Source: an uncultured Gemmatimonadales bacterium (GTDB lineage: Bacteria > Gemmatimonadota > Gemmatimonadetes > Gemmatimonadales > GWC2-71-9). Taken from it: DNA of 64,000 nucleotides. The notes beneath the pieces are model-generated. The model was given only the letters and a program-made list of their open reading frames with translations. It was not told where the DNA came from and ran no database searches. The stretch is from assembly GCA_963825055.1 (NCBI GenBank), contig CAWGSK010000009.1, forward strand, positions 254,977 to 318,976, read 5' to 3'. Shown here one piece after another: positions 50,985 to 62,337 of this stretch; the stretch's first letter is position 1; every line of letters begins with the position of its first letter. A program made the translations under genes and the position numbers.

Positions 50985-52607
50985 CTAGAACCGCGATCCC
51001 ACCAGCTCCACATCCCCCACCCGCCAGGCCTCCCTGACCGCCGGCCCCCGTCCGCCGCCTCGGCCCGCCTGCCCTCCGCTTCCAGGCTCTGCGCCAGGCC
51101 GAAGAGCGACCAGCCGTTCTCCGGGAACGCATCAGGTCCTCCCGATAGGCCTGCTCCGCATCAGCCGCACGACCGGCGGCGAGAAGCGCCTTGCCGAGGA
51201 ATGGCGCACCGGGTAGTACCAGGTGGGCGGCTGTGTACGCCATGCCGTCCTCAATGTCCGCCGCGGCCCTGGATTCCTTCACCGCGTCGGCTGCCTTTCC
51301 CTTCCGTAGCGCGATCTCCCCCCGGAGCGCGTGGCCCGCAATGGCCAGCGACAACCGGTTATCTCCCTCCGGCATGGCCCGATACGCCGCCTGACGGTAT
51401 CGAGCGCCGCCCTCGCCTCGGCCCAGCGCCGCCGGCCGCGAATGCCACGCCCCGGGCGTAGTAGGCGATGCCCGTCGTGTAGCGCAGGTCCGAGGGGGGA
51501 GGGGTTCTGCCAGGATCTCGTTCCACCGGCCGAACGTCACCAGGGTCTGATAGACGACCGGCGTGATCGCCTCGGCCACGGAACGGCCCGCGCCACGTCA
51601 TAGCTCACCGTCTCGACCACTTTGCGGGAGGCCATGATGGCCGTCTCGCCACTCCCGCCATCGAGGCCGCGAAGCCCATGAAGTGGTATTGTGCGGGTAA
51701 TACCCCTGCGGGTAGATCCCGTGACGGTCACGATCGGCCCCTCGAGATACTCCTCGTCCGCATGCACCGCGTGCCGATTCGCATCAATTGCGTCCGCGTA
51801 ACGGCCGACCCGGATGTAGACATGCCCCGGCATGTGCACAATATGTCCTGCCCCGGGCATCGGCTCGCCAGGCGCTCGGCGCAGGTCACCGCCCGCTCAG
51901 GGACGTTCGCTTCCACCGCGTGGATCAGGAGGTGGCACGCACCAGGATGATCCGGCATCCGGTCCAGCACACCTTCGAGACTGCCGAGGATCAGCGGGGT
52001 TGCCGGACGGGGCTTCCCGTCCCGCGTCCAGTAGTTCCACGGCGACAGGTTCATGAGCGCATCGGCATACAGCACCTGGGCATCCGGATCCTCGGGGAAT
52101 CGTGCCGCAACATCCTTCATGGCATCGGCATACGCCGAATCGAGTCCGGCACGATCCGCCACGGGCCGGACCGCAGACCGCTTCGACAGGGCCTGGACAT
52201 AGGCCGCCTCGCGGGGCGTCACGCCAGCTGAGGCCGCGAGGGCCCGGTCGATCGCCGCGCGGGCCTTCACCGCGGCCGCCGAATCCATCGGGGCGTTGAT
52301 GTTCGGTCCGAGGGTCAGGGCCGCGCCCCACGCGCACATGGCGCAGCCGGGATCGAGTCTCTCGCCCTCGAGGAAGGCACGCTCCGATTCGGCATGGTTA
52401 AAGGCGTACACGCCGGATCCCCTGGTCGAAGTAGGCCTGAACCTTCGGCGTGGCTGCCGTGATCGCGGCGTGGTAGGTCCCAGGGTGCTGTAAAGCGGGA
52501 CAGCGGCGCTGTCCGCCTGCTGGTGGCTGTCGGAATGGTCCATCTGCGCAACCGCGGCGTAGCGCCGACGCACGCGACGATCCCGCAATCAGCATTGTGC
52601 GTACCAT
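50985..52607 (-). pseudogene. Exported TPR-like helical protein, multiply frameshifted
   Basis: QAYFDQG, YAFNHAES, DPGCAMCAWG, GPNIN, HPGACHLLIH, MPGAGHIVHMPGHVYIRVGRY; ends SRF*. Confidence 0.75.
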
Positions 52608-52721
52608 ACTGCGACCTCCTCGCCGATCGGGAAATGACTGCCTGCCGCCGTCGTGGCAACCTTCCGTTCGTGGCCTATATTGCGGGGAACCCGCCAGAAC
52701 CCGACAACCCGGATCCGGACC

Positions 52722-53306
52722 ATGTCGGAAGACCCGGAATCCCAGGACATATGGACACCGCCATGCTGTTGGCCAGCTGGCGCGGTCGGGACGAGCACGC
52801 CCGGGACCGGCTACCCTGGTTACCAGGAACTGCACGAGGCCGCAGCCCGGCTTCTTCGTCGCGAACGACCGGCCACACCCTCCAGCCAACGGCCCTGGTG
52901 AACGAGGTGTACCTCAAGATGACGGACTACAGCCTGCCCGAGACCGAGGGACGGGCCGACTTCGTCGGGCTCGCGGCCCGGCGATGCGCCAGATCCTGGT
53001 CGACCATGCCCGGCGACGCCAGGCGGCGCGCCGCGGCGGCGGGGCAGTGGCCGTCACGCTGGAGAACATCGCGCCGACCCCGCGGTGCCCGTCGACGACC
53101 TGATCGCATTGAACGACGCGCTGGACCGTCTGGCCGAGTTGCATCCCCGGATGGCTCGGGTGGTCGAATACCGGTACTTCGGCGGACTCACCGAGGACGA
53201 GACGGCCGGCCTGCTCGACGTCACCGTCCGGACCGTGCAGCGGGACTGGACCCGTGCCCGCGCGTGGCTCTACCAGGTGCTCGCCGCGCCTCCCCCTGAA
53301 GAATGA
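52722..53306 (+). CDS. ECF sigma factor of the kinase-associated (ECF43/TIGR02999-like) type, frameshifted
   Basis: HTLQPTALVNEVYLKM, MRQILVDHARRR, RYFGGLT..ETA, RTVQRDW..ARAWL. Confidence 0.85.
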
Positions 53307-56052
53307 CGCATCCGCGGGGCTCGCGCATCGAGCAGCTCTTCGATGGGGCCCTCGAACAGCCGGCGGAGGAGCGCGCGGCGTGGCTGCGCGTGGCGTGTCC
53401 CGACGACGACGCGCTGCGCGATGAGGTGTTGCGGATGATCGCCGCCCACGAGAGCGGCCCCGGCGTGCTCGATCGCCCCTTCCCTCTCCCGATGCAGCCC
53501 TGGCCACCCGGCTCGGGGCGCTGGCCGACCGCTACGTGATTGACCGCGAGATCGGGCGCGGCGGCAGCGCGGTGGTCTACGTGGCGCACGAACTGAAGCA
53601 CGGCCGCCAGGTCGTGATCAAGGTGCTCAAGCCCGAGGCGGCAGCCGCGTTCGGGCCCGACCGGTTCGAGCGCGAGGTCGCCCTGGCCGCCCGGCTGACG
53701 CATCCCCACATTCTCGGCCTCATCGATTCGGGCGAGGTTGACGGACTGCTCTTCTACGTGATGCCGTGGGTGGGCGGGGAGACGCTCCGGGAGCGGCTTC
53801 AGGACAACCCGCTTCCGTACGGAGAAGCACTGGTCCTGCTCCGCGACATTGCCGACGCGCTCGCCTACGCCCACGGCGCCGGCGTCATCCACCGCGACCT
53901 GAAACCCGAGAACGTGCTCTGCGTGGGAGGCCACGCATTTCTCCTGGACTTCGGCATCGCCAAGCTCGCCTCCTCGATGGTGGAGGCGGGCTTCAGCACC
54001 CAGGCCGGGTTCCTGGTGGGTACGCCGGCCTACATGGCCCCGGAGCAGAGCAAGGGCGAGCCCGTGGACCAGCGGGCAGACCTCTACGCCTGGGGACTCC
54101 TCGCCACCGAAATGCTGACCGGGACCAACCCGGCGCGCCCCGCGGCAGGTATCATGGCGGACGCGAGCTTCGGAATCGAGGAGGGCACCGGCACGCCCAC
54201 GCTGAGCCTGCTCCGGAGCGACGTCCCCCCGCCACTGCCACGGCTCATCCGCGAGTGCCTGGCCCAGGATCCGGTAGACCGGCCCCGGGAGGCCGGTATC
54301 CTGCTCGCCCGCCTCGAGACGATGCTCGCCCCAGGCGCAGTGACGCCGCCCGCGCCAGTCGTCCGGCGGCGGCGCTGGCCGCTCGTCGCCGCCGGACTTT
54401 TTCTTGCTGCCCTGGCGGTGTGGACGCTCGCAGGACGCGGCACCTCCGATCCTCCCTCGCCCCTCGCTCTTCCCGTGGCAGTGGCCGGCTTCACCAACGA
54501 GACGGGCGATTCGTCACTGGACATCTGGGGGCGGATGGCGGGCGACTGGATCTCACAGGGACTGCAGGAAACCGGCCTCGTACGTGTCGTGCCGTGGCCT
54601 GCGGTCCTGCAGGCCTCCTCGCGGCTCCCCGACGACCCGGCCGCCAACCCTGTCACCCTCCTCCGTGACGAAACCGGCGCTGGAACGGTGATCACCGGTT
54701 CGTACTATGCCATCGGGGACTCGGTCCGGTTCCAGTCGCAGGTCACCGACGCGGCGACCGGCACCCTGTTGAGCGCCCCGCTGCCCGTCATGGTCCATCG
54801 GGGGCAGCTGGACCTCGGGGTGCAGCTCGTACGGGACCGGCTCATGGGCGCGATGGCGGTCTGGACCGGAGATCGCCGCCAGCGCATGCCCGGACTCGCC
54901 GAGCGCCCCCCAACCTACCAGGCATACCTGGCGTTCAATCGCGGCCTCGATGAGCACCTGAACCAGAACTACCGGAAGGCCACGGAGGAGTTCGACCAGG
55001 CCTGGCGGCTGGACACCTCGTTCGTCCTTCCGCTGGTGTACGGCGCCATGTCCCGCTACAACACGGGAGACTATGCGGAACTTGACAGTCTCCTCGGCGA
55101 GGTCCGCCTGCGCCGGGCGGGGTTGAGCGAATACCACGACCTGCTCATGCAGTTCTTCGAAGCTATCGTGGCGGACGAAGGCGACCGCGCCCTCCGCCTG
55201 ATCCGGCAGGCCTCGGCAATGACGAGCGGCTCCCGGGCCACCTACGACCTCGCCCTGACGGCCCTGCGCGCCGGGCGCTGGCAGGAGGCCATGGACGCGC
55301 TCGGCCAGCTGCATCCGGACAGGGGAACGATGCGTGGATGGTCCTCATACTGGACGCAGCTCACCCACGTGCTCCACCTGGCCGGCGAGCACGCGCGCGA
55401 ACGTCGGGCGGCCCGCGAGATGCGGAGTCGCTTCCCCGACCGCCGGGTGGGACTCGTGCTCGAAGTCCGCGCGGCTGCGGCACAGGGCGACGTGGCCGCG
55501 GTGGACTCGCTTCTTGCCGACGGACGTGCACTGTCCCCGGATACGTACTGGTCCCTGGGCGCGGCCATGGTCGTCGCGGGCGAAGAACTCAACGCCCACG
55601 GTTATCCCGGTGGCGTGGCCCGCCTGGACCAGGCGGTCCACTGGCTCGCCAACCAGCTGGCGCGCGACCCGTCGGACCGGGCGCACCGGTACTGGATGGG
55701 CAGCGCGCTGTATGATGGGGGGAAGTGGTCAGATGCCGCGCCATACTTCCGGGGTCTGGCGACGGATTTTCCGGATCGCGTCGGCTACGCCGGCCTGGCC
55801 GCACTCGTGACCGCACGACTCGGTGACACAGCGGGCGCACGACGGCGCCTCGGCATGAGTCCGCGGTACCAGCTCGGCGATCACACGTTCTATCGCGCCC
55901 GCCTGGCGGCCATTCGCGGGGACAGCGCGACGGCGCGCGCGCTGTTCAGCGAGGCCCTCGCCCATGGCGTGGACGGCTATCCCTGGATGCATGCCGCCGC
56001 GTGGCACGAGTGGGGCGCGTTGCAACCACTCCCCAGCCCCTCCGCTCCCTGA
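53303..56052 (+). CDS. Hanks-type Ser/Thr protein kinase with TM, TolB-N-like and TPR regions; indel near 53500
   Basis: IGRGG, VIK, HRDLKPEN, DFG, GTPAYMAPEQ; TM WPLVAAGLFLAAL. Confidence 0.92.
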
Positions 56053-56110
56053 CAAGCCTTGCCGCTGGTTGACCCGGCCTGAACGGAGAGTTCGATGTCG
56101 ACCGGCGGGC

Positions 56111-56926
56111 TCAGGCCAGCCAGGCCACGATTCCACTCACGAGTAACGTGAGTCCAGCGAGTGGCAGGAACCGGTCCAACCACCCGGGCAGGCCCCGGCC
56201 CCCGGGCCCCAGCAGATGGCGGAACTCCCGCCCGTACGCCCGCAGGAGGAGACCAGCGCCGGTCCACCAGGCGCCGGTGACGATTCCGATCGCCGCCGCC
56301 ATTCCCACCCAGTACGCCGACGGGCGGGCGTTGCCGACCACACCGGCATGAGAAGCCAGCGACCCCTCCAGCAGGCCACCGATTTGTGCGGACGCCCACG
56401 TGAACACGGCGGGGCCAAGCAGTACGACGGCGAGTCCAGCCAGAACACCGGCCTGCCAGAAGGCCGTCAGGAGCCGTCCGGGAACATCCCGCATCTCCTC
56501 GCGCGACGGGAGAACAAGACGGGCAGCCAGGAGCGCCGCCAGCAGCAGGAGCCATCCGAGGGGGAAAAGCGGGCCGGGAAGGAACAGCAGCGCAATCCCG
56601 GCCGTGGCCACCGCCAGGATGGCAAGGGCGAGGGCCGGGCCTGGTTCCGGTGCGTCGCCCGGCACACACGGTGCTTCACCTGAAATCAGCGCCTCGGGAG
56701 GACCGAGTCTCTCGCACACGTCCGTGACGTCCTCCACCGTCGCCGGGTCGCCGGCGTGGAGTGACAGTTCAGTCTCGACGTGCTCACGGATTCCGGACAG
56801 GACGTCGGCGGTGTCTACGTCATTCCGTCCAGCCAGCAAACGTTCCACCGTGGCAAGGTACGCATCCAGGGCCTCGCGTCCGGGGGTTGTCAGCCTCATC
56901 CCGGCAGTACCTTCTCGACCGGTCAT
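56111..56926 (-). CDS. Membrane protein with N-terminal HAAS-like helical domain
   Basis: YLATVERLL..IREHVETEL..RLGPPEAL followed by several TM segments. Confidence 0.7.
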   Translation of the reverse strand: MTGREGTAGMRLTTPGREALDAYLATVERLLAGRNDVDTADVLSGIREHVETELSLHAGDPATVEDVTDVCERLGPPEALISGEAPCVPGDAPEPGPALALAILAVATAGIALLFLPGPLFPLGWLLLLAALLAARLVLPSREEMRDVPGRLLTAFWQAGVLAGLAVVLLGPAVFTWASAQIGGLLEGSLASHAGVVGNARPSAYWVGMAAAIGIVTGAWWTGAGLLLRAYGREFRHLLGPGGRGLPGWLDRFLPLAGLTLLVSGIVAWLA

Positions 56927-58011
56927 CGTGCCACCTCGATGGCGTGCGCACGGAACGCGAATACCTCGTGGATGGCCGCAACCGCACGCTTCAGCTCGGG
57001 GCCGATCAGGTCTCCGGAAGTGTTCGAGAGCACGGCGATGGACAGGCCCGGCCCGGCATCGACCACCAGGAATGCGGTGCCGCCCGGGCCCACACCCTGG
57101 ACCTGGTAGATCTCGGATCCCCGAAGGAACAGCTGGAGACCGTGCGGGGAGAGCAGGGTTCCATCCAGCATGGCCGCGCCAAAACGCGCCACGTCGGGCG
57201 CCGTCGCAGGAAGTCGCCGGCGCCCCACTTGCAGGAGTTGTCGACACCGGCGCCGGGCGCAAGTTTCCATTCTCTCCTCGAAGAACGCGGCGCGCGTTCC
57301 CGGTGCTCCTGCCGGGCGGCTACCCCGGAGACCCGTTCCATACCGGCCGGGGCGAACACCAGCCGCCGCATGGCATCCATGAACGGGGCATCCGCCGCTC
57401 CGGCAACGACTGCGCTGAGCAGGACATAGCCCCACGATGAGTACGATTCTCCGGCACCCGGCGCGTGCACGAGTGGATCGTCCTCGAAGATCTCCAGCGC
57501 CTCGTCGAGCGTGGCGCAGTGTCGGCCGCTGGCGGCTTCAGCCTCACTCGCGTAGTGCCGGATGCCTGAGGTATGCGTCGCGAGCTGGACGGCGGTGATC
57601 GGCGCGGACTTCCGGGGGAACTGCGGGACATAGCGCTGAACGGGGGCGGCGGGATCGAGGGCGCCCTGCGCCATCAGGCGCGCGCCTGCCACCGCCGTCA
57701 TCGCCTTGGAGACGCTGTAGAGCCGGAAGAGCGTGTGCCGCGGATCCACCGGCGTCTCCCGGGGTCGGCGTAGCCCAGCCCCTCGACCCAGACCGGCTCA
57801 CCCCGGTCGTAGACCGCAACGGCGACGCCCGGGCCGTCCCGGGTCACGTCCTGCAGCAGCGCACGGGCACTGTCGATGGCCCGCGCGAACCGCGGGGCTG
57901 CCCGTATCCTGGTAGACCGGAGGCAACCCGGGCCGGGCGTTCCGCGGGACCCCCACCGGCGCAACCGGCCACGAGGGTCAGGCCGGCCAGGGACGGCCAC
58001 AGGCGTTCCAT
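56923..58011 (-). pseudogene. Serine hydrolase (class C beta-lactamase-like) lipoprotein, frameshifted
   Basis: Lipobox LVAGC; FRLYSVSK (SxxK), LATHTSGI, YSSWGY, IAVLSN across frames. Confidence 0.82.
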
Positions 58012-58070
58012 GAAAGCGATCATTGGGCATCCGATATCTGAGGACAGCCGGGTCGGTCCCGGGGCCGGAA

Positions 58071-58420
58071 CTAGGGGGGCGGACGGACGCGCGAATGGCT
58101 CTCACGGCACGCACAATTTCATCCCATCCGCCATTGATCCGGTCCAGCGCCGCGCGTCCATCACGGCTCAGCCGATAATATTTCCGCGCCGGACCCTCGG
58201 GTGACGCTTCCAGCGAGGACGTCACGAGGTGCTCCTTTTCCAGCCGGCTCATGAGGGGATAGACCGTACCTTCCACCACGATGAGCCCGGGAAAGGCCTG
58301 CAGCCGCTTCGCGATTTCATACCCGTACATGCGGCCGCCCTGCAGCGCATTGAGAACCGCGAGTTCCAGCACGCCCTTGCGGGCCTGGGTTTGCCAGTTC
58401 GACACGAAGCGAGAAGGCAT
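58071..58420 (-). CDS. PadR-family regulator; true stop probably TAG at 58071-58073, one base out of frame next to a homopolymer
   Basis: QARKGVLELAVL, MYGYEI, EGTVYPLMSRLEK, GPARKYYRL. Confidence 0.9.
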
Positions 58421-58454
58421 AACAAGGTATACTGTATTAACAGGTAGCTGTCAA
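58421..58454 (-). promoter_or_regulatory. Putative leaderless sigma70 promoter of padR with internal palindrome
   Basis: Minus strand TTGACA-N17-TATACC-N5-ATG; the spacer contains CTGT-N4-ACAG. Confidence 0.6.
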
Positions 58455-58470
58455 TAGGGGTGCGTAAATG

Positions 58471-58502
58471 ACGAGCGGCGGGGAAAGCTCCCCGCCGCTC
58501 GT
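58471..58502 (-). terminator. Terminator hairpin downstream of the aminopeptidase P gene
   Basis: ACGAGCGGCGGGGA-N4-TCCCCGCCGCTCGT, perfect 14-bp stem. Confidence 0.8.
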
Positions 58503-58524
58503 TCCGGCCTTCGCCCTCGAGGCC

Positions 58525-59856
58525 TTACTTCATCGCCTGCTCGATGTCCTTCACCGACCGTGGGGCCTTCGCCGACAGGAGGTCGTGCCCGTCCGCCGTC
58601 ACCAGCACGTCGTCCTCGATCCGCACTCCGAGATTCTCCTCCGACAGGTAGATGCCGGGCTCGACGGTCAGCACCATGCCCGGCATGAGCGGAGTGCTGT
58701 AGTCCCCGATGTCGTGCACGTCCATCCCCAGCCAGTGCGAGAGCCCGTGGATGAAGTACGAATCGCAGGTCTTGTCGCCGCAGAGCGAGCCGGAATGTTC
58801 CTTCATGTAGTTCCGGGCAATGCGGTTGAGCGCACCCACGGTGGTACCCGGCCGCACCGAGTCGATGGCGGCCTGCTGCGTGGCAAGGACCAGGTTGTAG
58901 ATGTCCCGCTGCCGGGCGCTGAACTTGCCCGTGATGGGAACCGTCCGGGTAACGTCGGCGGAGTAGTACCCGAACTCCGCGCCGATATCCATGACCACCA
59001 GGTCGCCCGCCTCCGTCTTGCGCCGGTTCTTGTCGTAGTGGAGCACGGTGGAATTGACGCCCGAGCCGATGATGCTCGGAAACCCCACACGCTCGGCCCC
59101 CTCCCCCCGGAAGGTCCCCTCAATCACCGCCTCCAGCTGGTACTCGTACATCCCCGGCTTTGCGGCGCGCATGGCGGCGCGCTGGGCGTCCGCCGTGATG
59201 TCGATCGCCCGGCGCATGCGGGTAACCTCATCCGCGTCCTTGATGACGCGAAGCTGGCCCAGCACCGTGCGCAGGTCGTGGACGTCGAAGCCGGGGCCGC
59301 CGAAGACCATCTCCCGCAATTTTTCGTCCCGGCCGGTCTTCTCGTCCAGCTTGAGGTAGAGCCCGCCTGTCCGGGCCGGGGAATTGAATCCGAACATGAG
59401 TGGGCGCAGCAGCCGGTCGACACTGTCGGCGCTGTGAACCTCCTCGATGCCGGTCATCACGGTCGCTGCTGAATCGGGCCCCAGCTTCGGACCGGTCCAG
59501 CGTTCCTGCCCGGGGTTCCGCGGAGGCAGGAAGAGCATGACCCGGTCAGGGGCGGTGTCCCGCGCGACGAGCACGAGCCAGCTGCCGGTCGTCTCCAGCC
59601 CGGTCAGGTAGAAGAAATCGTTGTCCTGGCGGAAGTCGCTGTCCTGGGGATAGTCCCCCTCGATGCTCTTTTCCTCCGCCGAACGCAGGATGGCCACACC
59701 GGTGCCGATGGAGTCGAGCAGTGCCACCCGGCGGCGGGCGAGGGTCTCGACGGGAATGGCGCCGGCCGGGGAACCGGCCTGCGCGGCCGCCGGGGCGGCA
59801 GGGACAAGGGTGCCCAGCGCCAGGATGGACGCCAGCACCACGAAGGACGACCGCAT
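58525..59856 (-). CDS. pepP: Xaa-Pro aminopeptidase (M24B) with predicted signal peptide
   Basis: FRQDNDFFYLTG, MDIGAE..Y.ADVTRT, HGLSHWLGMDVHD, TVEPGIY, GVRIEDD. Confidence 0.92.
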   Translation of the reverse strand: MRSSFVVLASILALGTLVPAAPAAAQAGSPAGAIPVETLARRRVALLDSIGTGVAILRSAEEKSIEGDYPQDSDFRQDNDFFYLTGLETTGSWLVLVARDTAPDRVMLFLPPRNPGQERWTGPKLGPDSAATVMTGIEEVHSADSVDRLLRPLMFGFNSPARTGGLYLKLDEKTGRDEKLREMVFGGPGFDVHDLRTVLGQLRVIKDADEVTRMRRAIDITADAQRAAMRAAKPGMYEYQLEAVIEGTFRGEGAERVGFPSIIGSGVNSTVLHYDKNRRKTEAGDLVVMDIGAEFGYYSADVTRTVPITGKFSARQRDIYNLVLATQQAAIDSVRPGTTVGALNRIARNYMKEHSGSLCGDKTCDSYFIHGLSHWLGMDVHDIGDYSTPLMPGMVLTVEPGIYLSEENLGVRIEDDVLVTADGHDLLSAKAPRSVKDIEQAMK

Positions 59857-59882
59857 GCTTACTCCAGGTTGAAGTATGGACA

Positions 59883-60728
59883 TCATACGGACAGCGGCCC
59901 GGAAAGTGACGACCGGGCGATGCGCTCCCGTTCCTCCTCCCGGCGCTCCGCCGCCGACCAGCGGAAGAAGACAATGGCGATTGCGATCAGGAATACCGGA
60001 TCGCCCCCGACCTTCATGAGGACGCCGGCGGCCTGCTGGTCCACCTGGGCGCCGATGCCCATCACCCGCGGTGCCAGCTCGTACAGGCCGTAGATCGGAT
60101 AGCTCGCGAACGTGAGGAAGGCGGCCGGTATGGTGGGGATGATCGTGGCGCCGAACAGGTAGCCCATCTTGACCGGCTCCGACATGCGCGCGATGCCGGG
60201 GGGCGCGACCACGGGCCACCAGAGGATGAGGCCGGCCGCGAGCCAGGTCATGTCGAATGCGAACGAGCCAAGCTGGCTCGGCATGAGCGCATCGACCACC
60301 CCGGGCACATGTGATCCCAGCAGCACGACGTTGAATACCGCCAGGGCAGGCAGCGGACGGGCGGCCACGCGGAGCAGCCCGCCGGGTCGCCCGGACCCGG
60401 CGAGGCGGAGCCATCCGGCGGGCGGGCATCCCACCAGCAGCAGTGGAGGTGCCAGGAGCCCGAGCAGCATGTACTGGAATGTGTGGACAGTCACGAGGTA
60501 ACCGGCGCCGAGGGGGCCGATCGGCCAGTCGAATGCAGCCCACAGGAGAAACAGCCCACCGAAGAAAGCGGCGACCCGCCTGGCGGGCCATTCCACCCCC
60601 GCCGCGCGGGCTTGGGACCGGACCCTGGCGTAGGCCCAGGCCAGGAGCACGAGCAGGATCCAGACGCCGATGTACGGCCGCCACGTCCAGGTCCAGGCCT
60701 GACCGGTCGCGCTGCACCACCAGCTCAC
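59883..60728 (-). CDS. ctaG: caa3-type cytochrome c oxidase assembly factor (CtaG family)
   Basis: DWPI, HTFQYMLL, PPLLL, LWWPV, DQQAAGVLMKVGG. Confidence 0.88.
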   Translation of the reverse strand: MSWWCSATGQAWTWTWRPYIGVWILLVLLAWAYARVRSQARAAGVEWPARRVAAFFGGLFLLWAAFDWPIGPLGAGYLVTVHTFQYMLLGLLAPPLLLVGCPPAGWLRLAGSGRPGGLLRVAARPLPALAVFNVVLLGSHVPGVVDALMPSQLGSFAFDMTWLAAGLILWWPVVAPPGIARMSEPVKMGYLFGATIIPTIPAAFLTFASYPIYGLYELAPRVMGIGAQVDQQAAGVLMKVGGDPVFLIAIAIVFFRWSAAERREEERERIARSSLSGPLSV

Positions 60729-61333
60729 CGGCCCGCTCCGATCCGCAGCAGCCTGGGCAGGTCATGCGCCCAGTCCACCTGGCGGGTTCCGAACGGGTAA
60801 AGCGCATGCTTGCGATTGTCGGCCGCGAAGGCCATGACCTGCGCCGCGTGGCTCACGCTGTAGTCGGCGTGACCTGCGCTGCTGTCCACGATGGCCGGGG
60901 GCAGCCCGGCGGCGGCCTGCGCGGCCTGGATTTCCTCCGCCGTGCCGGTGAGCCCGACAAACCGCGGATCGAACTGGTCGAGCCAGCCCCGGAGCCGGGC
61001 CGCGGAGTCGCGCGCGGGGTCGGTCGTCACGAAGACCACCCGCACCCGGCGCGCCGACTCGAGGGGTAGATCGTGCAGCACCGCCGCGATGTTCGCCATA
61101 TGCAGCGGACAGACATCCGGGCAGTGGGTGTAACCGAAAAACAGGAGCGTCAGCTCGCCGTCCGTGCGGGCCCGGAAGTCCCAGGGCTCTCCCTCCGTGT
61201 CAGTCAGGGTGAAGTCGGGTTTCGGGCCCGGGGGTGTCACCGCCACCCCTCGCAGCCCCGCGGAGGCGTCCTCGGCTTCGCGGGAGGTACAGGCCACGGC
61301 CATCAGGGCGAGGAACGCGAGTCGTCGGATCAT
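60725..61333 (-). CDS. SCO1/SenC family copper chaperone lipoprotein
   Basis: Lipobox AVAC; FFGYTHCPDVCP; TTDPARD; YSVSH. Confidence 0.94.
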   Translation of the reverse strand: MIRRLAFLALMAVACTSREAEDASAGLRGVAVTPPGPKPDFTLTDTEGEPWDFRARTDGELTLLFFGYTHCPDVCPLHMANIAAVLHDLPLESARRVRVVFVTTDPARDSAARLRGWLDQFDPRFVGLTGTAEEIQAAQAAAGLPPAIVDSSAGHADYSVSHAAQVMAFAADNRKHALYPFGTRQVDWAHDLPRLLRIGAGR

Positions 61334-62280
61334 ACGTGGGGGGCCGGAAGCTGGACGAGGATGGCGGTCGCCAGGAGGACGAGCGACGAGACCACGAGCT
61401 CGATCGTGGCGGTGCGGCCCAGCCTGCCGGTGGCCGGCGCCGTTCCGAGCGTCGGCCGGATACGGCGCCAGTTGATCCCCCCGAGCACGAGCACCAGGAC
61501 CAGGAGGCCGAGCTTGGCGAGCAGCGCCAACCCATATGGCGTGGCCCAGTCCGATTCCAGCCACCCGACATATGACCAGGTCAGCAGGGTTCCGGCCCCG
61601 ATGACCATCCCGGCCCCACTGAGGGCGAACGGACTGAATCGCTGTACGAGATTCGCCATCAGGCGGTCACCGTCGGGGTCGCCGAGGACGACCGCAGCCG
61701 GGTAACCGGCGCCCATGATGCAGAAAAGGGTGCCGAGCCAGAGGCCGGCACCGGCCAGGTGGAGCGCGTGGAGAGGCACGTCCACCCGGGGCCCCCACTG
61801 TCCCGCCATGGCATGGCCGGTCAGCGGCGTCACGACGAGCAGCAGGAGGATGGCCACATAGGCGGGCTTCCAGCCGACCGCGCGCCGGTGCCGCGCCGAA
61901 AGGCCGGCGACGAGGAGCAACGCGGCCCCCGCCTGCAGCAGCCACCCGGTGCCCCAGGTGGAGTCGAGCAGGATCGGGCTGACGTACTCCCAGTTCCGCG
62001 GGTCCTCCGGGAGCAGGAAGGCATTGACCTGGCCCACCAGGCGAAGCGCCAGGCCCGCCAGCAGGAGCACCACGATCACCCGGCTGATCCGGCCGAGGTG
62101 ATGCCCGATGCGATCCTTGCCGGCGCTGTTGAGTTCGAAGTTCCGCCGCAGCCGTTCCAGGAGGAGGCGGAAGCCCGCGAGCCCGGTCGCCCCGATCACA
62201 CCGACAAACCAGCACCACCGGCCCACGCCGTAGATGTCGAACAGCGGGCCGGTGAGCGTATGGGCGTCGGACTGGATCAT
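61330..62280 (-). CDS. copD: CopD-family copper uptake membrane protein
   Basis: STWG, LTGHA, HALHL..GLWLG, RFS, TPYGLALLAKL. Confidence 0.88.
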   Translation of the reverse strand: MIQSDAHTLTGPLFDIYGVGRWCWFVGVIGATGLAGFRLLLERLRRNFELNSAGKDRIGHHLGRISRVIVVLLLAGLALRLVGQVNAFLLPEDPRNWEYVSPILLDSTWGTGWLLQAGAALLLVAGLSARHRRAVGWKPAYVAILLLLVVTPLTGHAMAGQWGPRVDVPLHALHLAGAGLWLGTLFCIMGAGYPAAVVLGDPDGDRLMANLVQRFSPFALSGAGMVIGAGTLLTWSYVGWLESDWATPYGLALLAKLGLLVLVLVLGGINWRRIRPTLGTAPATGRLGRTATIELVVSSLVLLATAILVQLPAPHV

Positions 62281-62337
62281 GGAGTATCGGTACCACGGGG
62301 AGCAGGATGGCCAGGGCCCCCGGGGGAGCCTGGCCGG

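Noticed and set aside
57698..58420. 240-aa PadR fusion
   Set aside because: The C-terminal part is not protein-like. A TAG at 58071-58073 is one base out of frame next to a G run.
58525..60807. 760-aa PepP with a long N-terminal extension
   Set aside because: The extension is an off-frame read through ctaG. PepP starts at 59856 with a signal peptide.
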